A stretch of 64,000 nucleotides of DNA. It comes from a bacterium (GTDB lineage: Bacteria; SAR324; JACQKK01). Position numbers and translations under genes: made by a program. Each line of letters begins with the position of its first letter. The stretch's first letter is position 1. The notes beneath the pieces were generated by a model. That model worked only from the letters and a program-made list of their open reading frames with translations, had not been told where the DNA came from and made no database searches. Positions 8,885 through 18,611 of this stretch are shown one piece after another. Location of the stretch: contig OZ251219.1 in NCBI GenBank assembly GCA_965240465.1, positions 1,088,001-1,152,000 on the forward strand, read 5' to 3'.

Positions 8885-11485
8885 ATGGGGCTATCGCTGT
8901 CTCGTTTTACACAGAAAGCCCAGGAATCTATCTTGGCAGCTCAACAGCTGGCTAAGGAGAAGCAACACGCTAAGATAGACCCTGAGCATCTGTTACTGAC
9001 GCTAATTAAACAGCCTGATGGACTGGCACACGGGATGCTGGTACAATCCGCTGGCGATCGGAATGGAGTAGATAAATTGGCGTCTCAATTGGAGCGTCAT
9101 TTAGAGCGATTGCCTAGGACGGCTTCATCGGGTACTCAGCCATATGTATCCAAGAAATTGCAGTCTGTGATTGTACGCTCTGAGCGTGAAGCAGCTTCTT
9201 TGCGCGATGAATTTACAGCTCCAGAGCATTTATTGATTGGCTTATCCTTAGATCATAGTGGGGTAGCTCAAGAGTTGTTGCGTAATCATGGGATTAATCG
9301 TCAGAGTGGTTTGGGGATTTTACGAGAATTACGGGGTAGTGGGAGTAATCTGGGGGAAGTGGAGAATCCGTTTGGGGCTTTGGACAAGTACTGCGTAGAT
9401 TTAATCCAGCAGGCTCGTTCAGCTAAGTTGGACCCTGTTATTGGTCGTGATGATGAGGTACGCCGCGTAATTCAGGTATTGAGTCGGCGACGCAAAAACA
9501 ATCCTGTCCTTATTGGCGAGCCGGGAGTGGGGAAAACAGCCATTGTAGAAGGTTTGGCTCAGCGTATTTTGGCGGGCGATGTGCCAGAGTCTTTGAGGAA
9601 TAAGAGGATTATGTCGCTAGATTTGGGAGCCTTGGTGGGAGGTGCTAAGTTTCGCGGTGATTTTGAGGATCGGGTGAAGTCCATCATCAGTGCAGTGGAG
9701 AGTGCTGCTGGTGCAGTGATTGTGTTCATTGATGAGCTGCATACCATTGTGGGGGCGGGGGCTTCTGAGGGTACGCTAGATGCTGGCAATATGCTTAAAC
9801 CAGCATTGGCACGTGGCAGTCTTCGCTGTGTTGGTGCTACCACTCTGCAGGAATACAAGAAATATATTGAAAAAGATCCTGCCTTAGAAAGACGCTTCCA
9901 GCAAATCATTGTGAACGAGCCTAGTGCAGAATCCACCATTGCCATTCTGCGGGGACTCAAAGAAAAATACGAAGTTCATCACGGCATTCGCATCAAGGAT
10001 TCTGCTATCATTGCGGCGGCTAGATTATCTGAACGCTACCTCTCAGAACGCTTCCTCCCCGATAAAGCCATTGATCTCATTGATGAATCATCTGCTAATC
10101 TCTGCATTGAAATAGATTCACTACCCACCGAACTAGATAAAATTGACCGCCGTGTCATGCAACTAGAAATAGAAGCCCAAGCCCTTAAAAACGAAGACGA
10201 CCCTCCTAGCAAAGAACGACTCAAAAAACTGGAAAAAGAATTGTTCTCCTTAAAGCAAAACAGCCAAGAAAAAAAAGAAAAATGGCAAAAAGAAAGAAAT
10301 GCTATTCGCTCTATCAGAGAACTCCAAGAAAAAATTGAACGCACCAGACAAGAAGAACAAGAAGCTCAAAGGGCTGGCAACTTGGAACTGGCTGCTCGCC
10401 TAAAATACGGCGTCCTTGATGAACTTAATAAAAACCTCACAAGTGCTAACCAAAAACTTCGCGACTTAGGCGGCAAACGCATGCTCAGAGAAGCCGTTGA
10501 AGAACAAGACATCGCAAGCGTATTACACCGCTGGACCGGCATCCCCGTAGAACGCATGCTCCAAAGCGAAAGACATAAACTACTCCAAATGGAAAAAACC
10601 CTCGCTTTGAGAGTTGTCGGACAAGCCCAAGCCCTGAAATCTGTCAGTAATGCCATCAGGCGTTCGCGGGCTGGTATCCAAGACCCTGACCGTCCGATTG
10701 CCTCTTTAATTTTTGCTGGGTCAACGGGAGTAGGCAAAACCGAACTGGCCCGCTCCTTGGCAGCCTTTCTCTTTGATGATGAACGCTCTATGCTCAGGCT
10801 TGATATGTCTGAGTACATGGAAAAACACTCCGTGGCACGCATGATCGGTGCTCCCCCAGGCTATATAGGCTTTGAAGAAGGTGGCTCACTCACCGAAGCC
10901 GTCCGCCGTAGGCCTTATTCGTTGCTGCTGCTTGACGAAATTGAAAAATCTCACCCCGATATATTTAATCTTTTTCTTCAAGTCATGGACTCAGGAAGAC
11001 TTACCAATAGCCAAGGTCGTACCGTTGATTTCCGCAATACCGTGATCATCATGACTACCAACATTGGACAGCAAGCCTTGCAAAATGGTCATCCGATTTC
11101 TCATCAGCAAATTGTCCAGCAAACCCGTGTCTCCCTGAGAAAATGCTTCCGACCCGAATTTCTTAACCGTCTTGATGAAATAATTGTATTCCAATCCATA
11201 GACAAGCAGGCTCTGGAAAAAATAGTGGACATTCAGCTGACAGACCTTCAGAAAAGACTCTCGGCACAGGGAATTCGTGTTTTTCTCTCTGCAGAGGCCC
11301 GTAGCTATCTTGCTAAGCAAGGATTTGATCCTCACTTCGGCGTCCGACCTCTGAAGAGGGTCATCCAGCAGGAAATTCTAGACGTTCTAGCTTCCAAAAT
11401 ACTGGAAGATGATCTCAAACAGGGTGATGTTATCAGGGTGATTAAGTCAGAAAAAGGAAGGCTAGAGTTCAATAAGGGGGAGTAG
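8885..11485 (+). CDS. clpB: ATP-dependent chaperone ClpB
   Basis: Two AAA+ modules (GEPGVGKT, GSTGVGKT), coiled-coil M domain, GAPPGYIGFEEGG. Confidence 0.97.
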   Translation: MGLSLSRFTQKAQESILAAQQLAKEKQHAKIDPEHLLLTLIKQPDGLAHGMLVQSAGDRNGVDKLASQLERHLERLPRTASSGTQPYVSKKLQSVIVRSEREAASLRDEFTAPEHLLIGLSLDHSGVAQELLRNHGINRQSGLGILRELRGSGSNLGEVENPFGALDKYCVDLIQQARSAKLDPVIGRDDEVRRVIQVLSRRRKNNPVLIGEPGVGKTAIVEGLAQRILAGDVPESLRNKRIMSLDLGALVGGAKFRGDFEDRVKSIISAVESAAGAVIVFIDELHTIVGAGASEGTLDAGNMLKPALARGSLRCVGATTLQEYKKYIEKDPALERRFQQIIVNEPSAESTIAILRGLKEKYEVHHGIRIKDSAIIAAARLSERYLSERFLPDKAIDLIDESSANLCIEIDSLPTELDKIDRRVMQLEIEAQALKNEDDPPSKERLKKLEKELFSLKQNSQEKKEKWQKERNAIRSIRELQEKIERTRQEEQEAQRAGNLELAARLKYGVLDELNKNLTSANQKLRDLGGKRMLREAVEEQDIASVLHRWTGIPVERMLQSERHKLLQMEKTLALRVVGQAQALKSVSNAIRRSRAGIQDPDRPIASLIFAGSTGVGKTELARSLAAFLFDDERSMLRLDMSEYMEKHSVARMIGAPPGYIGFEEGGSLTEAVRRRPYSLLLLDEIEKSHPDIFNLFLQVMDSGRLTNSQGRTVDFRNTVIIMTTNIGQQALQNGHPISHQQIVQQTRVSLRKCFRPEFLNRLDEIIVFQSIDKQALEKIVDIQLTDLQKRLSAQGIRVFLSAEARSYLAKQGFDPHFGVRPLKRVIQQEILDVLASKILEDDLKQGDVIRVIKSEKGRLEFNKGE

Positions 11486-11550
11486 GAGTACAGCATCCCT
11501 TAGATTAGCAATCTATTTTTGGGTATGCTAAGGCTCTTGCAAAACAAAGC

Positions 11551-11913
11551 TTACTGAGCTCCTCTCGGTGAGGGATTAAGGAGTTCAGCTTTTTCATTGT
11601 TAGCGATGATAGGCTCGTTACTGGGAGAGTAAGTATATTTGAAGCCATAGCATGAGATGGCGATCTTACGTTCATAGGGTTCCTCTTTGATGAATTTCCT
11701 GAGTTTTTTGAGTAGTTGTCGGTAGGGGAGTTCTTCTTCCATGAGGCCGTAGAGGTTTTTATCTAGCATTTTGTGGTTTAGGGCTTCAATTTCGGTTCTT
11801 ATTTTATTACGGGCATCAGTTCTCATTTGTGGTTCACCTTCTGAAACGGTGAATCCCACGATGTAGTTAACTTTAGTGTGTCTGAGGGTTTTTTCAGGCT
11901 GGTGCAATGCCAT
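11551..11913 (-). CDS. Hypothetical small protein, apparent paralogue of 17974-18285
   Basis: 120-aa ORF with a good RBS (AAGGAG) upstream; aligns by eye with the 103-aa ORF at 17974. Confidence 0.7.
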   Translation of the reverse strand: MALHQPEKTLRHTKVNYIVGFTVSEGEPQMRTDARNKIRTEIEALNHKMLDKNLYGLMEEELPYRQLLKKLRKFIKEEPYERKIAISCYGFKYTYSPSNEPIIANNEKAELLNPSPRGAQ

Positions 11914-12473
11914 TTGTACTCCTTTTTTGGAATGAAAACAATCTGTCAGGGTTAGTAATAGGAAAAAGGGTGTATGTTTTATAGTGGGGATGCGTAGTGG
12001 TGTCTTCTATTATAAACTGGTTTAAAGTTATGGGGGCTGAATCAATTACCTAGGGGTTTCATTTATGGGTTTATAGACTAGTAGTTTTTGGAAACGGTCA
12101 AGCTTTTGCGGCTAGCATCATTATATTCAAAAGTGATTTTTCAATGTCATACTCTAATTTTTTGTCTGTCATGTGCGTACTTCTATCCGATTATTATTGT
12201 GAGGATGTATATCTAAGCTTTTATCATTTATAAAGTGTTCAAAGTAATTAGCCGATGGTTTTTTCACATTGGACGCAAAAAACAATTATTTTAGTGGGAT
12301 TAATGTGCTTGTCTATAAAAACGTTTTAATTTTTGTATTAATATTTATCCATAATTTTTCTAATTTGTCAAAAATTGCAAATCCTTTGATATATTTTGTC
12401 AAAAGCAGATAATTTTTAGATACCCAGAAATTAAGAACGAATATATCTCATGATTTAAGGTTAGACTGTAGTA

Positions 12474-14264
12474 ATGGGTTATAAACAAATCTCTGAATAT
12501 GGCTTGATAGGCAACATGCATACCGCTGCTTTGGTGGGAACGGACGGTGCAATGGATTGGCTACCCATGCCGTTTTTTGATTCTCCCTCAGTGTTTGGGG
12601 CTATCTTGGATGAGGAGCGTGGCGGTCATTTTAAGATATGTATGCAGGATGAGTGCCGCAGGCAACAGTTTTACTATCCTGATACCAATGTGCTGGTAAC
12701 TAGATTTTTGCACGGAGATGGTGTCGGTGAGGTGCAGGATTTCATGCCGATATACTCAACGGCTGGCAGTGATAATCCGCATTGTATTTATCGGTTGGTG
12801 AAGTGCGTGCGGGGAGAAATTAAAATACGCATGGAGTGTTATCCGTCATTTGATTATGGTTTGGGTAAGCTGAATGTTCGTTGTAGTGAGCGAGGAGCCT
12901 TATTTGAGAGTGGCCAGCAACGGATGGCATTATTGGCAGATGTGGAGATAAACGAGGATAAGAAGGGGGTAACATCTCAGTTTAGGATGTGCCAGGGCGA
13001 GAGTCGGGCATTTGCGCTGAATTATGGAGTGGAAGGGAGTGAGACTGACCTGCTCAGTAACAAAGTGGATGTCAAGCAGGCCCTAAAGGATACGGTTGAT
13101 TATTGGCAGCGATGGGTTGCCAGTAGCCATTATCAGGGACGCTGGCGAGAGATGGTTAATCGTTCGGCTTTGACCCTAAAGTTACTCACATTTAAGCCGA
13201 CAGGAGCTTTGGTGGCGGCTCCCACTACCAGTCTGCCTGAGGCGATTGGTGGAGAGCGTAACTGGGATTATCGTTATATTTGGATGAGGGATGCTTCTTT
13301 TTCAGTGTATGCGTTAATAAGGCTTGGCTTTATAGAAGAAGCCTCAGGCTTTATGAATTTTTTGTTCAAGCACATTATCACACCACGTGATAATGGGGAG
13401 TTACAAATTATGTACACCATTCACGGACAAAAAGAGTTACCCGAAAAACAACTAAATCACCTGAGTGGTTATCGTAATTCAGCACCCGTGAGAATAGGCA
13501 ATCGGGCTGTTGATCAACTACAGCTAGATATTTACGGAGAGCTACTGGATGCCATTTATCTTTTTAACAAGTATGGTGGCCCGATCTCTTATGAACAATG
13601 GCAGGGAGTAGAAAGGCTAGCCGATTGGGTCAGCGATAACTGGCAACGAAAGGATCAGGGGTTGTGGGAGCAACGCAAAGAACCGCAACATTTTGTTTAT
13701 TCAAAGGTGATGTGCTGGGTAGCCTTAGACCGGGCAATTCGGATTGCTAGAAAGCGTGGCTTACCGGGTAATATATCAAAATGGTTCTCCCAGCGCGATA
13801 AAATATATCGCGAGGTGATGAAAAAAGGCTGGAATAAAAAGCTCAACAGCTTTGTTCAGTACTACGGTAGCAGTTCCTTGGATGCCTCCAACCTAGTGAT
13901 GCCCCTAGTGTTGTTTATTGCCCCTAATGATCCCCGCATGGAAGCCACTATTGACAGTACCATCAAGCATCTGGTTTCCGATTCTCTGGTGTTCCGCTAT
14001 CTCAATTTTGACGATGGCTTCAAAAGCGAAGAAGGTACTTTTTCGCTGTGTAGCTTCTGGCTAGTGGAGGCACTCACGCGGGCCAAAAGACTGAAAGAAG
14101 CTCGCTTGGTGTTTGAGAAAATGCTCAGCTACGCCAATCATTTGGGTTTATACAGCGAAGAAATATCTCCCACCGGGGAATTGTTGGGCAATTTCCCCCA
14201 AGCATTCAGTCATTTTTCACTTATCAGTGCCGCCTTAAACCTAGACCGTACTCTTGGTTCTTAA
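12474..14264 (+). CDS. Glycoside hydrolase family 15 (trehalase/glucoamylase-like)
   Basis: YGLIGNMHTAALV, AAPTTSLPE..GGERNWDYRYIWMRD, QLDIYGE, GLWE, LYSEE..GNFPQAFSH. Confidence 0.93.
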   Translation: MGYKQISEYGLIGNMHTAALVGTDGAMDWLPMPFFDSPSVFGAILDEERGGHFKICMQDECRRQQFYYPDTNVLVTRFLHGDGVGEVQDFMPIYSTAGSDNPHCIYRLVKCVRGEIKIRMECYPSFDYGLGKLNVRCSERGALFESGQQRMALLADVEINEDKKGVTSQFRMCQGESRAFALNYGVEGSETDLLSNKVDVKQALKDTVDYWQRWVASSHYQGRWREMVNRSALTLKLLTFKPTGALVAAPTTSLPEAIGGERNWDYRYIWMRDASFSVYALIRLGFIEEASGFMNFLFKHIITPRDNGELQIMYTIHGQKELPEKQLNHLSGYRNSAPVRIGNRAVDQLQLDIYGELLDAIYLFNKYGGPISYEQWQGVERLADWVSDNWQRKDQGLWEQRKEPQHFVYSKVMCWVALDRAIRIARKRGLPGNISKWFSQRDKIYREVMKKGWNKKLNSFVQYYGSSSLDASNLVMPLVLFIAPNDPRMEATIDSTIKHLVSDSLVFRYLNFDDGFKSEEGTFSLCSFWLVEALTRAKRLKEARLVFEKMLSYANHLGLYSEEISPTGELLGNFPQAFSHFSLISAALNLDRTLGS

Positions 14265-14398
14265 ACAAGATTGAATTCCTCACTTTGCCTTACATCAATA
14301 AAATGCTAGAGTACTCCAGCAGTAGAACCAATGCTTAACCTAAATGGCAAAAAATACTAAAAAAGAAGCTGGTAAAAATACTGATCAGGTACGCAAGG

Positions 14399-15907
14399 AT
14401 GCATGCTTTATTAATCGCATTATGGCTGGGATTGTTCTTGGGATTGGTGTGGGGAGTTCAGAAACCCTGGGCAGTGGGAGTAGGTATTCTGCCCGCCTTG
14501 ATATGGGTGCAGGTCCTCATTTGGAGTAGCCACATCCGCTTTCATGGGGAGCGTACTCGCCCTAAGAAAAGACAACCCCAAAACCGACAACGAGCTCTGA
14601 GTAAGGCCTCACAGGCAGTAACTGGAGATAAGCCATTGTTGTCAGCAGGGAGGTTTTCCCGTTTTCGTTCTCAGTTGATGAAAACTCAGCAAAAGGGATT
14701 ACTTACTGGGCAACAACCCCAAACCCGCAGATTTCGTTTCTCTTCGTTTTCACCCTTGCCTAAACAACCAGACCCCCCCACGCAGATTCAGTCCGTACCT
14801 CCTAAACCTGCACTTTCTAGGCCTGTACCAGTTAAGCCTGCACCTACTAATTCTGCACCTACTAATCCTGCGATTGCTAAGCCTGTACCAAAAACTTTGG
14901 AAGAAAAACCTAGCCAGGACCGAACCTACAAGCCCTCTTCAGTACCCAAAATACTTGAGAACAAGGCATCAAAAGCATTGGCAGATCAACCATCAGTATC
15001 CGAATCACCCCCAAAACAGCTTACCCGAGTGCCAAAAACCCCCGTCCGCCAGAATACAAGCCAGCCATCTCTCAAGAATATGCCTCCTGAACTAAGCAAA
15101 ACTCGCCGCCAGCTAGCATCCCAAGGCACAATTGATGAAAGCCAAAACATGCTCGGCATATTTGATGACCTACGCATTCCACCAAAAAAGAAAACTAGCC
15201 TGCTCATCTCTGCCCAAAAACAGGTTAATCCTCAGCACCAAAAAAGCACACCCCCTAAAAATAAACTTAGCAAAATCGCACCGAAGGTATCCAGCCAGCC
15301 TAACAGGAACACTGCCAATCAGCCCAAAACCCAGCCCCTCAATCTGGCCACGGTAGCATGTGCCAATGGCGAATGGGAAAAAGCACGCCTACAGATTAAT
15401 AGTCATATCAGCCAGTCGCAGTCACCCCAACCTCAAGCCCTTAAACTGCAAACCATGCTAAACCTCCACGACGCTAACCCCGAAAACGCCTCCCAATACC
15501 TAGCACAATGGTTAAAACTACAACCCAACCTTGAGCTTGCCGATTTACAAGATCTCTGGAATTGCCTCCCTGATAATGCCAGTACAGATCTCACCCAGCT
15601 CACTCAAAAACAGACCCTCCAAACCCTCATTCAACAGGCACAAATATCCAAAAACTACCAAACCCTCCAAGATTGCTACCCCTTACTTAGCTCGCTCCTA
15701 GAAAAATTGGGCGAACAACAAGAACTCATCCAGTGCTTGAGGCAGCAACTCCAACTCCATGAACAACTGGGCGATATCCCCAAACAGCTTGAACTTATTG
15801 ACCAACTTGGCCGCCACTACTACAACATGAAGCAAACCAATGAGGCTCAAGCCTGCTACAAAGCAGGACTAAAACTCAAAGAACAGCTCAGCAACTCTGC
15901 TTCATGA
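14399..15907 (+). CDS. Hypothetical membrane-anchored protein with Pro/Gln/Lys-rich linker and helical TPR-like C-terminus
   Basis: Two N-terminal hydrophobic segments, long low-complexity region, LGRHYYNMKQTNEAQACYKAGL TPR-like end. Confidence 0.6.
   Translation: MHALLIALWLGLFLGLVWGVQKPWAVGVGILPALIWVQVLIWSSHIRFHGERTRPKKRQPQNRQRALSKASQAVTGDKPLLSAGRFSRFRSQLMKTQQKGLLTGQQPQTRRFRFSSFSPLPKQPDPPTQIQSVPPKPALSRPVPVKPAPTNSAPTNPAIAKPVPKTLEEKPSQDRTYKPSSVPKILENKASKALADQPSVSESPPKQLTRVPKTPVRQNTSQPSLKNMPPELSKTRRQLASQGTIDESQNMLGIFDDLRIPPKKKTSLLISAQKQVNPQHQKSTPPKNKLSKIAPKVSSQPNRNTANQPKTQPLNLATVACANGEWEKARLQINSHISQSQSPQPQALKLQTMLNLHDANPENASQYLAQWLKLQPNLELADLQDLWNCLPDNASTDLTQLTQKQTLQTLIQQAQISKNYQTLQDCYPLLSSLLEKLGEQQELIQCLRQQLQLHEQLGDIPKQLELIDQLGRHYYNMKQTNEAQACYKAGLKLKEQLSNSAS
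14807..14890. repeat. Degenerate in-frame 15-bp tandem repeat (PALSR/PVPVK/PAPTN/SAPTN/PAIAK)
   Basis: CCTGCACTTTCTAGG CCTGTACCAGTTAAG CCTGCACCTACTAAT TCTGCACCTACTAAT CCTGCGATTGCTAAG CCTGTACCA. Confidence 0.75.
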
Positions 15908-15989
15908 TTTCTTAAAAATAAGCACCGACTGTGCAATACTGAATGCAAAACTAGTTAATGCTAACTGCTACTTCCATCTGAAAAAAACC

Positions 15990-17891
15990 ATGGCTGACCC
16001 TCAATCACCCCCCGATGACTTGCCAGCTACAGACTCAAAAAGTAATTACAAAGCAGAGCAAACAAACAACGCTCATCCCTCCCAATCTCATCAAACAGAC
16101 TACCAACCGCCCAGTTTGATGGCCAAAGATCGCACTCACCCTCTCTATCGCCTGCGACACTCGCTGGCACATGTGTTGGCTCAGGCGGTCTGCCAAATTA
16201 GAGATAAACCCCGGTTAGGATATGGTCCCCCCACCGAGAATGGCTTCTTCTACGATTTTGAAGTCTCCCCGCCCCTTAAAGAAGAAGAATTCCCACTGCT
16301 AGAAAAACATATGCACCGTATCATCAACGAAGACCAAGCATTCCATCAAACTTCGCTACCAAGCCAGCAGTTAATTTCGCAACTGGAAGACCAAAACCAG
16401 CCCTACAAGGTGGAAATGGCTAAGGAATTGCTCGCAGAAGGTAATCAAACCCTAAGCGTCTACAAAAATGGTCCCTTTGCTGACATGTGTGACGGGCCTC
16501 ATGTGTCCTCCACCATGAAACTACCTGCCGATGCCTTCAAGCTGGACTTCTTGGCAGGGGCTTATTGGAAAGGTCAACAAGGAAATCCCATGCTCCAGCG
16601 AGTACACGGGCTAGCATTTGCAACTAAAAAAGAATTAAGTACTTTTCTCCAGCAGAGAGAACTAGCCAAACAGCGCGACCATCGCAAACTCGGTCAGCAG
16701 CTACAACTATTCACCATCTCAGACGAAGTAGGCAAAGGACTACCCCTCTGGACGCCCCACGGAGCTACCATCTGTGCCGAACTAGAAAAACTAGCCTCCG
16801 AAATGGAGTTCCAAGCCGACTACCAACGCGTTTCTACCCCTCACATTACCAAAGAGCAACTCTACCATACCTCAGGACATCTTCCCTACTACAAAGACTC
16901 TATGTTCCCTCCCATGACAGCAGAAAATGAAACTTTCTACCTAAAGCCCATGAACTGCCCTCATCACCATATGATCTACAAATCTCAGCCCCGTAGCTAC
17001 CGAGATCTACCTCTGCGACTAGCCGAATACGGCATGTGCTACCGCTATGAGCAATCCGGCGAACTCAGCGGATTACTGAGAGTACGTGCCCTGAACATCA
17101 ATGATGCCCACATTTACTGCACTCTTGATCAAATCAAACAAGAACTAATTGATGTAATGCAAATGCACCTTGATTATTATCGCTTGTTTGGCATCACTCG
17201 CTATTGGATGAGACTCTCTCTTCCAGATTTGGACAAAACTAAATATGCAGGCTCCAAAGATACATGGCTAAAAGCTAATAAACTGATAGAAACCGCCTTG
17301 CAGGAACTCGGTCAGCCCTTCCACACCGAAATAGGCGAAGCAGCTTTCTACGGACCTAAAATTGATTTCCAAATCGCCAATGTGGTTGGCAGGGAAGAAA
17401 CTGCCTCCACTAACCAGCTAGACCTCATCATGGCAGAGAATTTTGGGCTTGAATATGTAGGTCATGACAATCAATTACACCGCCCTCATATCATTCACCG
17501 GGCTCCCCTTGGTTCACACGAACGATTTATTGCCTTTTTAATTGAACACTATGGCGGAGCTTTCCCCACCTGGCTGGCACCGATCCAAGCTATTATCCTG
17601 CCCGTCAGCCCCAAGCTCCACTTACAATACTCTGAAAAACTGCATCAAATGATGAAAAAACAATTCATCCGTACTCAAATACTCTACAACAACGAATCCC
17701 TAGGCAAACGCGTCCGTTACGCTCAAACCCAGAAAATACCCAATATCATTATTATCGGAGACCAAGAGCAACAAGATTCTAGCATCTCATGGCGTAGGCA
17801 CGCCCAAACCGACCAAATCACTCTCTCCTTAGACATCTTCTTGAAAAAAATACTTAATGAGATAAACTCTAGGCTTGATTGGAGAAATTAA
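15990..17891 (+). CDS. thrS: Threonine--tRNA ligase
   Basis: RHSLAHVLAQA, DMCDGPHV, RDHRKLG, KPMNCPHH, YRYEQSGELSGLLRVR, AFYGPKID; no obvious TGS domain; the true start may be the later Met (MAKDR). Confidence 0.97.
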   Translation: MADPQSPPDDLPATDSKSNYKAEQTNNAHPSQSHQTDYQPPSLMAKDRTHPLYRLRHSLAHVLAQAVCQIRDKPRLGYGPPTENGFFYDFEVSPPLKEEEFPLLEKHMHRIINEDQAFHQTSLPSQQLISQLEDQNQPYKVEMAKELLAEGNQTLSVYKNGPFADMCDGPHVSSTMKLPADAFKLDFLAGAYWKGQQGNPMLQRVHGLAFATKKELSTFLQQRELAKQRDHRKLGQQLQLFTISDEVGKGLPLWTPHGATICAELEKLASEMEFQADYQRVSTPHITKEQLYHTSGHLPYYKDSMFPPMTAENETFYLKPMNCPHHHMIYKSQPRSYRDLPLRLAEYGMCYRYEQSGELSGLLRVRALNINDAHIYCTLDQIKQELIDVMQMHLDYYRLFGITRYWMRLSLPDLDKTKYAGSKDTWLKANKLIETALQELGQPFHTEIGEAAFYGPKIDFQIANVVGREETASTNQLDLIMAENFGLEYVGHDNQLHRPHIIHRAPLGSHERFIAFLIEHYGGAFPTWLAPIQAIILPVSPKLHLQYSEKLHQMMKKQFIRTQILYNNESLGKRVRYAQTQKIPNIIIIGDQEQQDSSISWRRHAQTDQITLSLDIFLKKILNEINSRLDWRN

Positions 17892-17973
17892 GCTGATTTT
17901 TTACTTGAATATGAATTTGTCTCGTGTGAAAATTAAGAGTGAGGTTTATTCAATCATCAAAAAGAGTTAAAGC

Positions 17974-18285
17974 ATGAGAGTCCAAAAACCAGAGGATGTA
18001 TTAGAAAATCCCCACGTCACTCACTTATTCGGCTATAATGTCAGCGGCGAGGAGGAAAGATCCAAAGTCATTAAATCTCAAATAGAGCAGTACATAGAGC
18101 CACTAGAACAAAAATGGTGCATAGGCCAAATTGTCTACGGAATACAACTCCAGGGATGTGGTCGGCGTTTCATTGATAGACTGGGGCATAACATCGGTAA
18201 TACCGGTAACAGTGCTAATTTCACCCTGTTTATTCTTGAATACCCCGGTATTTATGCCAACATTTCCATCAAGCGTTCTCTTTAA
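17974..18285 (+). CDS. Hypothetical small protein, apparent paralogue of 11551-11913
   Basis: 103-aa ATG ORF; shares PE..L, G[YF].VS.GE, IE.L..K and YG[IL] with the 11551 ORF. Confidence 0.65.
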   Translation: MRVQKPEDVLENPHVTHLFGYNVSGEEERSKVIKSQIEQYIEPLEQKWCIGQIVYGIQLQGCGRRFIDRLGHNIGNTGNSANFTLFILEYPGIYANISIKRSL

Positions 18286-18611
18286 GCATAGCCGAGAGAT
18301 ATAGCCAGTCCTCCGACAGACCGATTATTTTCTCAATCTTATCAAGCACACAACCCCCATATCCCTCCTAGGGATTGGGGGGAGGGGGGCGGTGGTTTTG
18401 GATAATCACACATGTGGCCCGCGTTATAAACAGATATTACGGTAATTGCGACATAAAAAATGGGAGGTACGCACATCCACTTACTGGTTATTTTATCTTC
18501 ATCAGCTTGATAAAATACTTGATAACAGGTAGTTTGGGAGAAATAATCACTACAGGTTTTGATTTTTCAAAAAATGTGTTATAAGGAAGTCAGTCGTTAG
18601 GGAGATGTTTT

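Noticed and set aside
9200-9660. Complete avoidance of CGCG as support for ThaI specificity
   Set aside because: CGCG occurs (e.g. near 9203 and 9653); partial depletion cannot be judged without counting.
9559-11335. Antisense ORFs within clpB, and similar short ORFs overlapping other genes
   Set aside because: Shadow frames of well-supported genes with no recognisable motifs.
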